From: an uncultured Clostridia bacterium
Lineage (GTDB): Bacteria; Bacillota; Clostridia; TANB77; CAG-465
NCBI GenBank assembly: GCA_947631415.1
Contig: CANRLG010000002.1
Coordinates: forward strand, 15,661 to 79,660
DNA length: 64,000 bases
Direction of reading: 5' to 3'
How positions within the stretch are numbered: position 1 is the stretch's first letter; each line of letters opens with the position of its first letter. The notes beneath the pieces were generated by a model, which saw only the letters and a list, made by a program, of their open reading frames with translations, made no database searches and was not told the origin of the DNA. This document shows, one piece after another, positions 28,603 through 39,360 of this stretch. Made by a program: the position numbers and the translations under genes.

Positions 28603-29538
28603 TTATTTCTTTGCAACTTCCCCTATAGCACCGATAGTACCAAGAGCTTTTGTTGCATCAAATGGAATAAATACTTTGTTTGCTGTACCATTTGAAACAT
28701 CTTTTAATGCTTCAAGTGATTTTATTGCAACAAGTTTATCATCTGGTTTTGAATCCATAATTGCTCCATAAACCATTTTGATTTCTTCAGCTTTTGCTTC
28801 TGCAACTTTTTTGATTGCTTCTGCATTACCTTCAGCTTCAAGAATTTTAGATTCTCTTAAACCTTGAGCACGTCTAATACTTGATTCTCTTTCAGCTTCT
28901 GCATTAAGGATTGTAGCTTGTTTATTACCTTCAGCAAGTGTAACATCTGCTTGACGTTTACCTTCAGCTTCAAGAATAATAGCTCTTTTATTTCTTTCTG
29001 CGTTCATTTGTTTTTCCATCGCATCTCTAATATCTGCAGGTGGTTTAATGTCTTTAATTTCAACTCTATCTACTTTACATCCCCATTTATCTGTTGCTTC
29101 ATCAAGAACATCTCTAAGTTGAGTGTTGATAGCATCTCTAGAAGAGAATGTAGAGTCAAGATCCATTTTACCAACGATATCACGAATAGTTGTAATTGCT
29201 ATGTATGCAATACCTTTTTGTAAACTTTCAATTTCATATACAGCTTTTACAGGGTCCATAATTTGATAGAACACAACTGTATCAATAGTGATAGTAACGT
29301 TATCCTTAGTTATAACACTTTGAGGTGTAACGTCCATAGTTTGTTGTTTTAAGCTAACAACAGCTCTAACTTTATCTACAAATGGTAATAAGATATTAAG
29401 ACCAGCTTCAGCAGTAAAGTTATATCTTCCAAAACGTTCAATTACTTTAACTTCAGATTGCTTTACTACTTTAATAGAAGCAGCAGCAACAACTAAGCAA
29501 AATACAAGAACTAAAACTAAAATAACAACAATACCCAT
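28603..29538 (-). CDS. SPFH/band-7 (stomatin-like) membrane protein
   Basis: N-terminal TM segment plus the SPFH core (IKVVKQSEVKVIERFGRY...) and a coiled-coil/EA-repeat C-terminus. Confidence 0.8.
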   Translation of the reverse strand: MGIVVILVLVLVFCLVVAAASIKVVKQSEVKVIERFGRYNFTAEAGLNILLPFVDKVRAVVSLKQQTMDVTPQSVITKDNVTITIDTVVFYQIMDPVKAVYEIESLQKGIAYIAITTIRDIVGKMDLDSTFSSRDAINTQLRDVLDEATDKWGCKVDRVEIKDIKPPADIRDAMEKQMNAERNKRAIILEAEGKRQADVTLAEGNKQATILNAEAERESSIRRAQGLRESKILEAEGNAEAIKKVAEAKAEEIKMVYGAIMDSKPDDKLVAIKSLEALKDVSNGTANKVFIPFDATKALGTIGAIGEVAKK

Positions 29539-29560
29539 ATATAATTCCTCCTTATTATTT

Positions 29561-30034
29561 TTATGGTTTTCTTACTAAAAGTTTAACACCATCAATTTTT
29601 TCAATAATAACACTTTCGCCTTCTTTTATAGATTTGTCTTGGTCAGATTTTATTGCAGACCAAAGTTCTCCATTAACTTTTACTTGGCCTACAGGACTAT
29701 CATCAGTTATAGGTTTTACAACAATTCCTTTTTTACCTAAAACAGCGCTATTATTCATAGAAGTATCATCTTTGTTTTTGAAGAATTTCTTTACTAGTGG
29801 CTTTGTAAATACTATCATTATTACTGTAGAAATTACAAAAACAAGGACTTGAGCAACAAGATTTTCAGGCATCACTAGACTGATTAAAAATGCAAGAAAA
29901 GCACCTACACCTGGCCAAAATAATAAGAATGACACAGTAAATATTTCGCCTAAGAAAAATACTCCACTTGCAATAAGCCATAATACCCACATAGGTAGCA
30001 TAAATATCCCTCCTTTTAGCTTGTTGAATTTCAA
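29561..30034 (-). CDS. NfeD-family membrane protein (partner of the SPFH protein) with a C-terminal OB-fold
   Basis: Two or three TM helices and a C-terminal beta domain, located directly upstream of the stomatin gene. This is the classic nfeD-stomatin operon arrangement. Confidence 0.65.
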   Translation of the reverse strand: MKFNKLKGGIFMLPMWVLWLIASGVFFLGEIFTVSFLLFWPGVGAFLAFLISLVMPENLVAQVLVFVISTVIMIVFTKPLVKKFFKNKDDTSMNNSAVLGKKGIVVKPITDDSPVGQVKVNGELWSAIKSDQDKSIKEGESVIIEKIDGVKLLVRKP

Positions 30035-30263
30035 TGTTCAATACCAACATTATACTATAAGAATAGTAAAAGTACAATATAATTATTCATTAAAAAGTCA
30101 ATAAAAAAATATAATGTAATAAAATAGTAACTTAAATTAAACTAAAGGCAAAGAAAAAATTACTTGACATTACGCAACTAGTATGTTAGAATTATTGTGC
30201 TTCTGGAACTAATAAAAATAATGCAAATTTGACAAAAACAGGCATTGGTGCTATAATAATAGT

Positions 30264-31304
30264 GTGTTGCCTAAAAAAAGGAAGGTGCAAAATTTAATTA
30301 TGGGAAAGAAAAGTGTGCTCAGTACACTAAGATTTGTATTGTTTACAGTACTATCTGTTGGACTTTTATTTACAGCAGTATATGTAACAATACTAAATAC
30401 ATATAAACCAGTTGTTAAAGCATATATAAATGGAGATTTTATTGGTTATTTTTCAGACGAGCAACAGTTCGATGAAATTTATAATGATTTAGTGACTGAA
30501 AAGAAAAATATTGATGAAAATGTTAAAGTTTATTTAGAGAGTGAACCAACATTTGAAGCATGTTACATAAGAGATTCACTTCTAAAACAACAAAATGTAT
30601 ATACAAATCTAAGAGCAGAAATTAAAACAGAATATACAGTATATGACCTTCTTGTAAATGGAGAACAAGAAATGACATTTACAGCAGAAGACCAAGCTGA
30701 AGATTATGTTGAAAAACTTAAAGCAGAAGTTTCAGATATAGACACTAATATTAGATTACAAAAAGTATCTGAACTAGAAAATATAACTTCAACAGATAGA
30801 GCTGATACAATTCTTGCAGATATTGTTGATAGAAATAAACCTGTTGAAATTCCAGCAGCACCTGTACAAACTTATCAACCATCATATCCTACAACAGTAT
30901 ATACTGGTCCAGTTATACCAGCAGTAAGTGGTAGAATGGTATGGCCATCTTCTGTTTATGGTGGTGTAAACTGTGAATATGGTGAGTATTTTGGACACTC
31001 AGGTATTGACCTTACAGCTCATTACGGAACACCAGTTTATGCATTTATGGATGGTACAGTAGTATTTTCTGGTTGGGACCCTTATGGTCTTGGATATTGT
31101 GTAAAAATTGACCATGGAAATGGTTTAGTAACATTTTATGGACATAACAGTTCATTACTTGTATCAGCAGGACAATATGTTAGTGCTGGTCAACAAATAG
31201 CTTTAAGTGGTTCTACAGGTAACTCATCAGGACCTCACTTACACTTTGAAACAAGAGTAAATGGTGTTTCTGTTAACCCAAGAATATACTTAAATCAATT
31301 ATAA
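30264..31304 (+). CDS. M23 (LytM-type) metallopeptidase, membrane-anchored
   Basis: HxxxD (HSGIDL) and HxH (HLHFE) motifs with GYCVKIDHGNG. The start may instead be the ATG at 30300. Confidence 0.8.
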   Translation: MLPKKRKVQNLIMGKKSVLSTLRFVLFTVLSVGLLFTAVYVTILNTYKPVVKAYINGDFIGYFSDEQQFDEIYNDLVTEKKNIDENVKVYLESEPTFEACYIRDSLLKQQNVYTNLRAEIKTEYTVYDLLVNGEQEMTFTAEDQAEDYVEKLKAEVSDIDTNIRLQKVSELENITSTDRADTILADIVDRNKPVEIPAAPVQTYQPSYPTTVYTGPVIPAVSGRMVWPSSVYGGVNCEYGEYFGHSGIDLTAHYGTPVYAFMDGTVVFSGWDPYGLGYCVKIDHGNGLVTFYGHNSSLLVSAGQYVSAGQQIALSGSTGNSSGPHLHFETRVNGVSVNPRIYLNQL

Positions 31305-31417
31305 TTTTGAAAATAGATTACGAAATGTAATTTATTATATAACACCTATAACTCAGATATTACATTAAAAACCTCGTATATCTTAGTTTTAGGCAAGTAA
31401 AGAAGGAGGAACTATCA

Positions 31418-31681
31418 ATGACTAAAGAAAGAAAAGCTGAAATTTTAACAACTTATGCTACTAAGGAAAATGATACTGGTTCTGCAGAAGTACAAATTGC
31501 ACTTCTAACAGAAAGAATTAATGAACTTACAGAGCATTTAAAAGTTCACAAAAAAGATAATCATTCTAGACGTGGTCTTTTAATTATGGTTGGAAAAAGA
31601 AAAAGACTTTTAAGATATCTTGAATCGAAAGATGTTGAAAGATACAGAGATATCATTTCAAAATTAAATATCAGAAAATAG
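31418..31681 (+). CDS. rpsO: 30S ribosomal protein S15
   Basis: 87 aa with S15 motifs ([31 protein letters not shown]). RBS aaggagga upstream. Confidence 0.9.
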   Translation: MTKERKAEILTTYATKENDTGSAEVQIALLTERINELTEHLKVHKKDNHSRRGLLIMVGKRKRLLRYLESKDVERYRDIISKLNIRK

Positions 31682-31690
31682 TTTAAAATT

Positions 31691-31722
31691 GAGAAGGTGA
31701 TTTTTTCATCTTCTCTTTTTTT
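31691..31722 (+). terminator. intrinsic terminator after rpsO
   Basis: gagaag...cttctc hairpin followed by T7. Confidence 0.6.
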
Positions 31723-31907
31723 GTGTTAATTTATGAATAAAACTAGTTTTACCCTATATTAAGGGCTTTTTTTATGTTTATTTCAAAATAATGACAAAAA
31801 AATGTAAATAAAATATCTTTTAATCTAAGAAAAGTAAAATTCAAAAAAAATATTGAATATTTTATCTGTTTAAAAGATAATAAAAGTAAATGATAGAGGT
31901 GAAATAT

Positions 31908-34900
31908 ATGAAGAGACAAAAAGTAAAACTTTTGTTAGCAATGCTTGTGCTATTTTTGGGGATTGGTTGCTTAACAACTTCTGTTAAAGCAGCTAGTATA
32001 GGCAAGGTTGCAAGCAACACAATGCTTAGCACAGATTATTCGTTTACATTTGGATTTATTGATGGAAAAACAACTACTCAAGTTTCTAGCACAATGACAA
32101 ATAACACTGCAGATGCTAGAAATGACTCAGGTGTAAATTTGAATAATTATTATTCAGCAAGATTAACAACAGATACTCAAAAAAATCAAATCTGGGTTAG
32201 GTATAATAACGTAGGAACATACAAAGGTCAAAATGTAGACATAAAAATAACATTAAGAGATTGGAAGTATTTACAAAGACCAAACACTGGAGCTGGTTCA
32301 TATCCAACAGTATATTTTGCAAAAGATGAAATTGGTGGATATATAACATCAGAACCTGCTGTTTGTGAAGCAAGATTTAGATGCGAATTTTTCGTTAGTG
32401 GAACAGATACACCAATTCTAGTAAGAGGATACGAAACATTTGAAGATGTTCAAGATGGTGAAGTATTATCTCCATTTACTGGTTTTGATTATCTTTACTT
32501 AGAATCTGGTTCACACTTACTTTACGATAATTTAACAGCTTATGCTCAAGTAGGTGATACATCAACTGAAACTGAAAAAACTCACTGGGCAACTGGTGCA
32601 TTTAATGGAAGTTTCTTTGAATTTAAGTATCACAGATTACAAGATATTTATGGAGATACAACATACAGAGATGTAATGCAACAAGTAGGTTCATCTAAAA
32701 AAGTATATCATTGGCAGATGACTCCTAAGTCATTAGTTCCATTTGTATTTCCAACACCACAAAAAGAGGCTAGTGTTTCAGAAATTAGTGGTACAGATTC
32801 TGTAAAGTATACTGTAACTCAAGATATTCCTTATGAATATTCAGATTTTTACTACAATAATTATGTATTTAGTGACCAAATTGCAGAATGCTTTGATATA
32901 AAAACAGTAAAAGTAAAAGATGTAAATGGTATTGATAGAACAAATTGGTTTAATGTACAAATAGAAGGAAATAACATAACAGCAACTGCAACAGCTAATG
33001 CAATTTCTGTTTCAGCTTTCTATAACAATACATTACATTTTGAAATAGATGTGCAAAAGAAAAAAGCATATAACATGAGTCCTTGGATAGAAAAATTAAA
33101 ATGTGTTATACCAAACACAGCTGAAATTACAATGAGATCTCAAGATTCTATGTATCATGCAAGAACAGAAACTGTAAAATCTAATGTTGCAAATGTAAAT
33201 TGCACTTTTGATATCGTTACAAGTATTCAAAATGGTACAATAACAGAAACTAGATTAAAACAACCTGCTGGAAGTTCACAATCTGTTACATTCACACCGG
33301 CTATAGGATATTATATTACAGCAATTATAGTTGATGGAGTAGAACAAGATTTAGCTTCATACAATGTACTTGGAACAAACACATATACATTTAAAGATGT
33401 TTCAGCAGACCATGAAATAAAAGTAGTATGTAGTTCAAGAAGAGTTAACTTTATAGTAAATAAAACAGATGCAAAAACTGTAAATAAAACACAAGGTGAT
33501 GCTACATTTAAAGATGCAGTATATGGAGTATATACAGATGCTGAATGTAGAAATCTTGTTACAACTGTTACTTTAAATGAACAAGGAACAGGAGTATCTG
33601 AAAGTGAAGTAGATATTTCTAGAGTTGAAAACGGAGAGTATGCATATAATGAAGATTATTACATAAAAGAAATTACAGCACCTGCAGGATATAATCTAAA
33701 TGAACAAGTAAATCATGTAACACTTGACGTTGCAAATCTTACTTCAATATTAACTACTTTAACATCAAATACAAATGATACAATTATTACAAACTCTATA
33801 GAATTAACAAAATACTTAGAAAAAACTGATTCAGTTTTAAAGAAAGAACTTGAAGGAGTAATGTTTACTGCAACTTTAGATTCAGATATAACAAAATCTT
33901 ATAGTGCAATAACAGATGCTTCTGGTAGAGCAACAATAAAAGATTTACCTTATGGTACATATACAATTGTTGAACAAAGTTATCCAGCTCTTGCTTATGA
34001 CGGTCAATTTATGATGGGTTCATCAGTTGCAAGACTTAAAAAGTTTAGTGTATTCATTCAAGAAGATGCAAGTAAAAGGGGACCATACACTTATGATGAT
34101 ATCGTAAATGTTGCAAAGAAAATGAATGTTACTGTATATCTTTTAGATGCAGAAACAGGAATTAAAACACAAGGTGATGCAGTTCTTGAAGGTGCACAAT
34201 ATACAATATATTCAGATGAAGAATGTAAAAATGTTGTTGAAACAATAACAATACAAAAAAATTCAGATGGTGGATATAGTGCAACAACAGGATGGTATTT
34301 AGTTGGAACATATTATATTAAACAAACAAAAGCTCCAACAGGATACCTACTTGATGAACAAGTTTATACTGTAAGCCAAAATCCAGAAGACCAAGCTGAA
34401 GAAAAATCTTCACATAATATAACTTCTAGAGATTACGTAAAGAGAAATAATATTGAAATAACTAAATATGTAGATGAAACAGTTTCTACTCCAAAACAAC
34501 CAGTTAGTGGAGCTGTATTTACTGCTACATTAAGATCAAATACAAATACTTATGGAATTTCATCAGAAACTGATAGCGAAGGAAAATGTATTATTAGAAA
34601 TCTTCCTTATGGTACTTATACAATAAGAGAAACAACAGTTCCTCCTGTAGCATATAATGGAGAATTTTATGTTGATGAGGGACCAAGAACAACAACATTT
34701 ACTCAATTTGTAGAAAAAGACACTTCAGAAGCTGAAAATTACAAATTTGAAGATGTAAATGATGTTCCAAAGAAAATGAATATAACTGTATTTCTACAAG
34801 ATGCAGAAACTGGTAATACAACACAAGGTGATGCTGAACTAGAAAATGCAGAATACACAATTTATAGTGATGTAGCTTGTGATGCAGAAGAAGCTATTGA

Positions 34901-37799
34901 AACTCTAACAATTAAAAAGATAGATGATGTATATCAAGCAACTTCAGGATGGTATTTAGTTGGAACATACTATGTAAAACAAACAAAAGCTCCAACAGGA
35001 TATTTATTAGATCCACAAGTATATACAGTAACACAAGTTCCTGAAGATCAAGAAGAAGAATATTCAAGACATTCAATCACTTCTAAAGACTATGTAAAGA
35101 GAAATGATATAGATATAACAAAATATTTAGATGCAACTTTCACATCTGAAAAACAACCAATTTGGGGAGCTGTATTTACAGCAACACTTGATTCAAATGA
35201 AGAAACATATTTTGTTTCAAATCAAACAGATGAAGAAGGAAAATGTGTAATAAAAGATGTAGTATATGGTACATATACAATTAAAGAAACTTTCGTTCCA
35301 GATTTAGCATACAATGGAGAGTTCTCTGTTGATGGTGGAGAAAGAACAAATGAATTTAGTCAATTTGTTGAACTAGATAAATCTGAAAGAGAGTCATATA
35401 AATTTAATGATATAACAGATGTTGCAAAGAAAATGAACATAACAATTTATCTTGAGGATAATGAAACTGGAATTAAAACTCAAGGTGATGCAACTCTAGC
35501 TGGAGCAGAGTATACATTATATTCTGACCCAGAATTAACAAATGAAATTGAAACATTAACAATTGCTAAAAATGAAGATGGTACTTGGTCTGCAACTAGT
35601 AACTGGTACTTAACTGGTACATACTGGGTAAAACAAACTAAAGCACCAACAGGATATTTAATAGATGGTAGTTTCTATGTTGTATCACAAGATCCAGCAC
35701 AACAAACTACAGAATATAAATCACTTTCTACAACTTCAAAAGATAAAGTTAAAGAAGGATTAATAAGAGTATCTAAATTTAGTAATAATCAAGAAACAGA
35801 TGAAAAAGTACCTGCTATTGGAGCAAAGGTAAGATTATCATTAAATAGCAATCCAGATGTATATTATGATGCAATAATAGATGATATTGGATATGCTGAA
35901 TTTGTTGATACAATAGATGATAAACACTTTAGCTCAACAGAAACTCATTGTGCAGACACTTGTTATCCATATACAATTCCTTATGGTGTTTACACAATAT
36001 CTGAGGAAGTAATAAGTGATTATGGTGAAAATATTTATATTAAGAAACAAATAGCTGAAATTAGAGAACAAGACCAACTTTCTAGATATATACTAGATGA
36101 AGAATTTGTAAGAATGAGACTTACAGTAAATAAAACAGACGTTGAATCTGGTGATGTACTTGGAGGAGCTAAATTCAAAATTTGGGATGTTTCAAATCAA
36201 AGATTTTACTCTGAAAGAGTATATGGTTCTGGTGAATATACAGATGAATTTACTGTAAATAACGAAGGATACTTTACTATAAAAGGCTTTTTAGAAGCTG
36301 GAACTTATGTTATATATGAAACTAAAGCTCCTTATGGATACTATTTAGATGAAAATATGGTTGAGGGAGCTGCAGGATATGAATTAACAGTTGGAGTTAA
36401 TAAATATAGTGAAGTTATAGCAAGTCATGGTGATGAGGAAACTGTATTACACAAACATGAAGAAGTATTTGAAGGACTTCCAATTACAGTATATCCACAT
36501 TCAATTACTGTTACTAACTTACCACAAAAAGCAGTTATTGACATAACAGATATTGCAAGTCAATTTACTAACGTAGCAACTGTTCCTGGTGAGTATGGAA
36601 ATGTAAATACTCCAGAATATCAAGATAGAGGATTACTTGGAGCAGAATTTGATGTATTAGCTAAAGAAGATATTGTTACTCAATATGGTACTGTTAAATA
36701 TCATGCAGGAGATTTAGTTGAACATGTTGTAACAGATGAAAGTGGTGTAGCTTCAACAAGTGAATTATATCTTGGAAAATATCAAGTAGTACAAACTAAA
36801 GTTCCAAATGGATTTGTATTAGATACTACTCCAAGAGATTTAGATATTGGTTACACAACTCAAGATGTAAAAGTTCAACAAATATCTCTAAAATATGAAA
36901 CTAAAAAACAACATGAAAATATAGTTTTTGAAAAATTATTTGATAGAATTTATGATGAAGTATTTATAACAGATAACTGGCATTCAGTATTTGGAATTTA
37001 CACAGCAGAGCCAATTAAAAACTACAGAGGAATTAATACTGTTGCAAAAGATGAATTAATTGAAGTTATAGATACACAACCAAATCATGTAATTAAAAAT
37101 TCAGTAGATTTACCAGCAGGTAAGTACTACATGAAAGAATTAAAAACAACAAATCCTTATGAGATTGCAAAAGATTTATATCCATTTACTATTGAATTTA
37201 CAACAACAGAAGATAGAGATTATGAAATTAAAATAAATGGAGGAAAAATCAATAACACTACAGGAATAGTTTCACTTGAATTATTATTATATCCACAAGA
37301 TGTATATAATGCTAATAATTTAAACTTAGAAACTGATACTACAACTCTTGAGAAAATAGCAGCACAATCTGGTGTTAAAAATACTAGTTACGGTTTATTC
37401 CATGATGAAGAATGTACTACACCAGTATATTACATGGATGGAACTCAAACTAAATTTAATACAGGAACTGAAGGAAAGATTTATATAGAAAAAATGCCAA
37501 CAGGTACATATTACCTAGCAAGAATAAATGAAGAAGGTAAGAGAATAGGTTCAAAAGTATTTGAAATTGTACTAGATACTTCTAAATCAACTTATGTAAA
37601 TAAATTTTCTGAAGAAAATAGAAAAGGTGATATGAACGTTGATGGATTTATAAATTCTACAGATGCAGCTATTGTACTAGATTTATACAAAAACGATAAT
37701 GCAGTTGAAACAGATTATCTAAGAGGAGATATGGATAATAATGGAGTTTTAAATTCTACAGATGCAGCCATGATATTAGATATATTTAAAAATTCATAA
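31908..37799 (+). CDS. very large secreted protein (about 1962 aa) with a signal peptide, an N-terminal unknown region, multiple CnaB/SpaA-like (prealbumin-fold) repeat modules, and a C-terminal type I dockerin
   Basis: The probable start is ATG at 31908, preceded by agaggtga. The ORF-track start at 31890 overlaps this RBS and would make the protein 6 aa longer (1969 aa). Signal peptide KLLLAMLVLFLGIGCLTTSVKA. Repeated modules GAVFTATL..TD..GKC.I..LPYGTYTI.E. C-terminal GDMNVDGFINSTDAAIVLDL...GDMDNNGVLNSTDAAMILDIF is a duplicated Ca-binding dockerin segment. Confidence 0.7.
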   Translation: MKRQKVKLLLAMLVLFLGIGCLTTSVKAASIGKVASNTMLSTDYSFTFGFIDGKTTTQVSSTMTNNTADARNDSGVNLNNYYSARLTTDTQKNQIWVRYNNVGTYKGQNVDIKITLRDWKYLQRPNTGAGSYPTVYFAKDEIGGYITSEPAVCEARFRCEFFVSGTDTPILVRGYETFEDVQDGEVLSPFTGFDYLYLESGSHLLYDNLTAYAQVGDTSTETEKTHWATGAFNGSFFEFKYHRLQDIYGDTTYRDVMQQVGSSKKVYHWQMTPKSLVPFVFPTPQKEASVSEISGTDSVKYTVTQDIPYEYSDFYYNNYVFSDQIAECFDIKTVKVKDVNGIDRTNWFNVQIEGNNITATATANAISVSAFYNNTLHFEIDVQKKKAYNMSPWIEKLKCVIPNTAEITMRSQDSMYHARTETVKSNVANVNCTFDIVTSIQNGTITETRLKQPAGSSQSVTFTPAIGYYITAIIVDGVEQDLASYNVLGTNTYTFKDVSADHEIKVVCSSRRVNFIVNKTDAKTVNKTQGDATFKDAVYGVYTDAECRNLVTTVTLNEQGTGVSESEVDISRVENGEYAYNEDYYIKEITAPAGYNLNEQVNHVTLDVANLTSILTTLTSNTNDTIITNSIELTKYLEKTDSVLKKELEGVMFTATLDSDITKSYSAITDASGRATIKDLPYGTYTIVEQSYPALAYDGQFMMGSSVARLKKFSVFIQEDASKRGPYTYDDIVNVAKKMNVTVYLLDAETGIKTQGDAVLEGAQYTIYSDEECKNVVETITIQKNSDGGYSATTGWYLVGTYYIKQTKAPTGYLLDEQVYTVSQNPEDQAEEKSSHNITSRDYVKRNNIEITKYVDETVSTPKQPVSGAVFTATLRSNTNTYGISSETDSEGKCIIRNLPYGTYTIRETTVPPVAYNGEFYVDEGPRTTTFTQFVEKDTSEAENYKFEDVNDVPKKMNITVFLQDAETGNTTQGDAELENAEYTIYSDVACDAEEAIETLTIKKIDDVYQATSGWYLVGTYYVKQTKAPTGYLLDPQVYTVTQVPEDQEEEYSRHSITSKDYVKRNDIDITKYLDATFTSEKQPIWGAVFTATLDSNEETYFVSNQTDEEGKCVIKDVVYGTYTIKETFVPDLAYNGEFSVDGGERTNEFSQFVELDKSERESYKFNDITDVAKKMNITIYLEDNETGIKTQGDATLAGAEYTLYSDPELTNEIETLTIAKNEDGTWSATSNWYLTGTYWVKQTKAPTGYLIDGSFYVVSQDPAQQTTEYKSLSTTSKDKVKEGLIRVSKFSNNQETDEKVPAIGAKVRLSLNSNPDVYYDAIIDDIGYAEFVDTIDDKHFSSTETHCADTCYPYTIPYGVYTISEEVISDYGENIYIKKQIAEIREQDQLSRYILDEEFVRMRLTVNKTDVESGDVLGGAKFKIWDVSNQRFYSERVYGSGEYTDEFTVNNEGYFTIKGFLEAGTYVIYETKAPYGYYLDENMVEGAAGYELTVGVNKYSEVIASHGDEETVLHKHEEVFEGLPITVYPHSITVTNLPQKAVIDITDIASQFTNVATVPGEYGNVNTPEYQDRGLLGAEFDVLAKEDIVTQYGTVKYHAGDLVEHVVTDESGVASTSELYLGKYQVVQTKVPNGFVLDTTPRDLDIGYTTQDVKVQQISLKYETKKQHENIVFEKLFDRIYDEVFITDNWHSVFGIYTAEPIKNYRGINTVAKDELIEVIDTQPNHVIKNSVDLPAGKYYMKELKTTNPYEIAKDLYPFTIEFTTTEDRDYEIKINGGKINNTTGIVSLELLLYPQDVYNANNLNLETDTTTLEKIAAQSGVKNTSYGLFHDEECTTPVYYMDGTQTKFNTGTEGKIYIEKMPTGTYYLARINEEGKRIGSKVFEIVLDTSKSTYVNKFSEENRKGDMNVDGFINSTDAAIVLDLYKNDNAVETDYLRGDMDNNGVLNSTDAAMILDIFKNS
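34060..36080 (+). repeat. three tandem, diverged intragenic repeats of about 655 bp (about 218 aa) inside the large surface protein gene
   Basis: Repeat landmarks (aagaaaatgaat) at 34116, 34770 and 35427. Protein modules PYTYDDIVNVAKKMNVTVYLLDAETG..., ...KKMNITVFLQDAETG..., ...KKMNITIYLEDNETG... Confidence 0.6.
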
Positions 37800-37810
37800 T
37801 CAAATGAAAG

Positions 37811-37850
37811 ATACCTTTAAAACAGAAATGTTTTAGAGGTATTTTTTTTA
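37811..37850 (+). terminator. intrinsic terminator after the large surface protein gene
   Basis: atacctttaaaaca / tgttttagaggtat hairpin followed by T8. Confidence 0.6.
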
Positions 37851-37894
37851 TCAAAAATTTTGACTTGAAAATTGCCTTAAACTCCATTAATTAA

Positions 37895-37923
37895 TTGCAT
37901 ATATGTCTTTTTTATGTTATAAT
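37895..37923 (+). promoter_or_regulatory. sigma-A-like promoter (TTGCAT, 17-nt spacer, TATAAT) for the asnS operon
   Basis: Direct sequence match. The leader is only about 30 nt, too short for a T-box. Confidence 0.45.
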
Positions 37924-37959
37924 TTCAGGTGTTAATTATATAAAAAAGGGTGGTAGATT

Positions 37960-39342
37960 ATGAGTATTCTAAAAAATAGAGTAAAATTATCTAAAATAAA
38001 CGAAGGATATAGTAAAATGGACGGACGAAATGTTATAGTTGCAGGATGGATAAGAAATTTAAGAAATTCAAAAAACATAGCATTTATTGAATTAAATGAT
38101 GGTAGTTACTTTAAATCAACTCAGATAGTACTAGAGGCAGATTTACCAAATTATGATGATATAGTAGCTTTAAATATAGGTTCAAGTGTTATAGTAGACG
38201 GAAAAATTAAAGTAACTGAAGGTGCAAAACAACCATTTGAAATTGTTGCAAATAATATTGAGATATCTGGTGTTTCTTCTCCAGATTATCCATTACAAAA
38301 TAAAAGACATTCTATGGAATATTTAAGAGATATTGCACATTTAAGACCACGTACAAATACATTTTTAGCTGTATTTAAAGTAAGAAGTGTAATAGCTCAA
38401 GCAATACACGAATTCTTCCATAATAACGAATTTGTATATGTTAATACTCCAATCATTACTTCTTCAGATTGCGAAGGTGCAGGAGAAATGTTTAGAGTAA
38501 CAACACTTGAGGATACAAAAAATACTGACCCTTCACAAGATTTCTTTGGAAAAAAGACATCTTTGACAGTATCAGGACAGTTATCTGCTGAGGCAATGGC
38601 AATGGCTTTTTCAAATGTTTATACATTTGGACCAACATTTAGAGCTGAAGATTCACATACTGCTCGTCATGCATCAGAATTTTGGATGGTTGAACCTGAG
38701 ATGGCCTTTTGTGACTTAGAAGGCGATATGGAAGTTGCTGAGACTATGATTAAATTCGTAATTAGAAAAGTATTAGATTGTTGTAAAGAAGAAATAGAAT
38801 TCTTTAATCAATTTTTTGATAAAGGTTTAGTTGAAAGATTAAATCATATATATAATTCAGATTTTGAAAAGATTACTTATACAGATGCAGTTGAACTATT
38901 AAAAGAACATAATGATAAATTTGAATATAAGGTAGAATGGGGAACAGATTTACAAACTGAACATGAAAGATATTTAACTGAACAAATATTTAAAAAACCT
39001 GTTTTTGTAACAGATTATCCTAAAGATATAAAAGCATTCTATATGAAATTAAATGATGATGGAAAAACAGTTAGAGCTGTAGATATGTTAGTACCAGGTA
39101 TTGGAGAAATAATAGGTGGTTCTCAAAGAGAAGAAAATCTAGATAAATTATTAAATAGGATGAATGAATTAGGACTTAAAGAAGAAGATTATTCATGGTA
39201 TTTAGATACACGTAGATATGGTACAGTTATACATTCTGGATTTGGACTTGGATTTGAAAGACTTGTTATGTATATGACAGGTATGTCAAATATTCGTGAT
39301 GTTATTCCATTCCCAAGAACTCCAGGAAATTGTTTATATTAA
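37960..39342 (+). CDS. asnS: asparaginyl-tRNA synthetase
   Basis: Class IIb aaRS with the AsnRS-type motif [24 protein letters not shown]. Length 460 aa. Confidence 0.8.
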   Translation: MSILKNRVKLSKINEGYSKMDGRNVIVAGWIRNLRNSKNIAFIELNDGSYFKSTQIVLEADLPNYDDIVALNIGSSVIVDGKIKVTEGAKQPFEIVANNIEISGVSSPDYPLQNKRHSMEYLRDIAHLRPRTNTFLAVFKVRSVIAQAIHEFFHNNEFVYVNTPIITSSDCEGAGEMFRVTTLEDTKNTDPSQDFFGKKTSLTVSGQLSAEAMAMAFSNVYTFGPTFRAEDSHTARHASEFWMVEPEMAFCDLEGDMEVAETMIKFVIRKVLDCCKEEIEFFNQFFDKGLVERLNHIYNSDFEKITYTDAVELLKEHNDKFEYKVEWGTDLQTEHERYLTEQIFKKPVFVTDYPKDIKAFYMKLNDDGKTVRAVDMLVPGIGEIIGGSQREENLDKLLNRMNELGLKEEDYSWYLDTRRYGTVIHSGFGLGFERLVMYMTGMSNIRDVIPFPRTPGNCLY

Positions 39343-39360
39343 TAGAAGGAGAGAAATAAA

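Noticed and set aside
37860-37959. T-box riboswitch upstream of asnS/aspS
   Set aside because: The leader between the predicted -10 and the start codon is only about 30 nt. No specifier-loop/T-box consensus is present.
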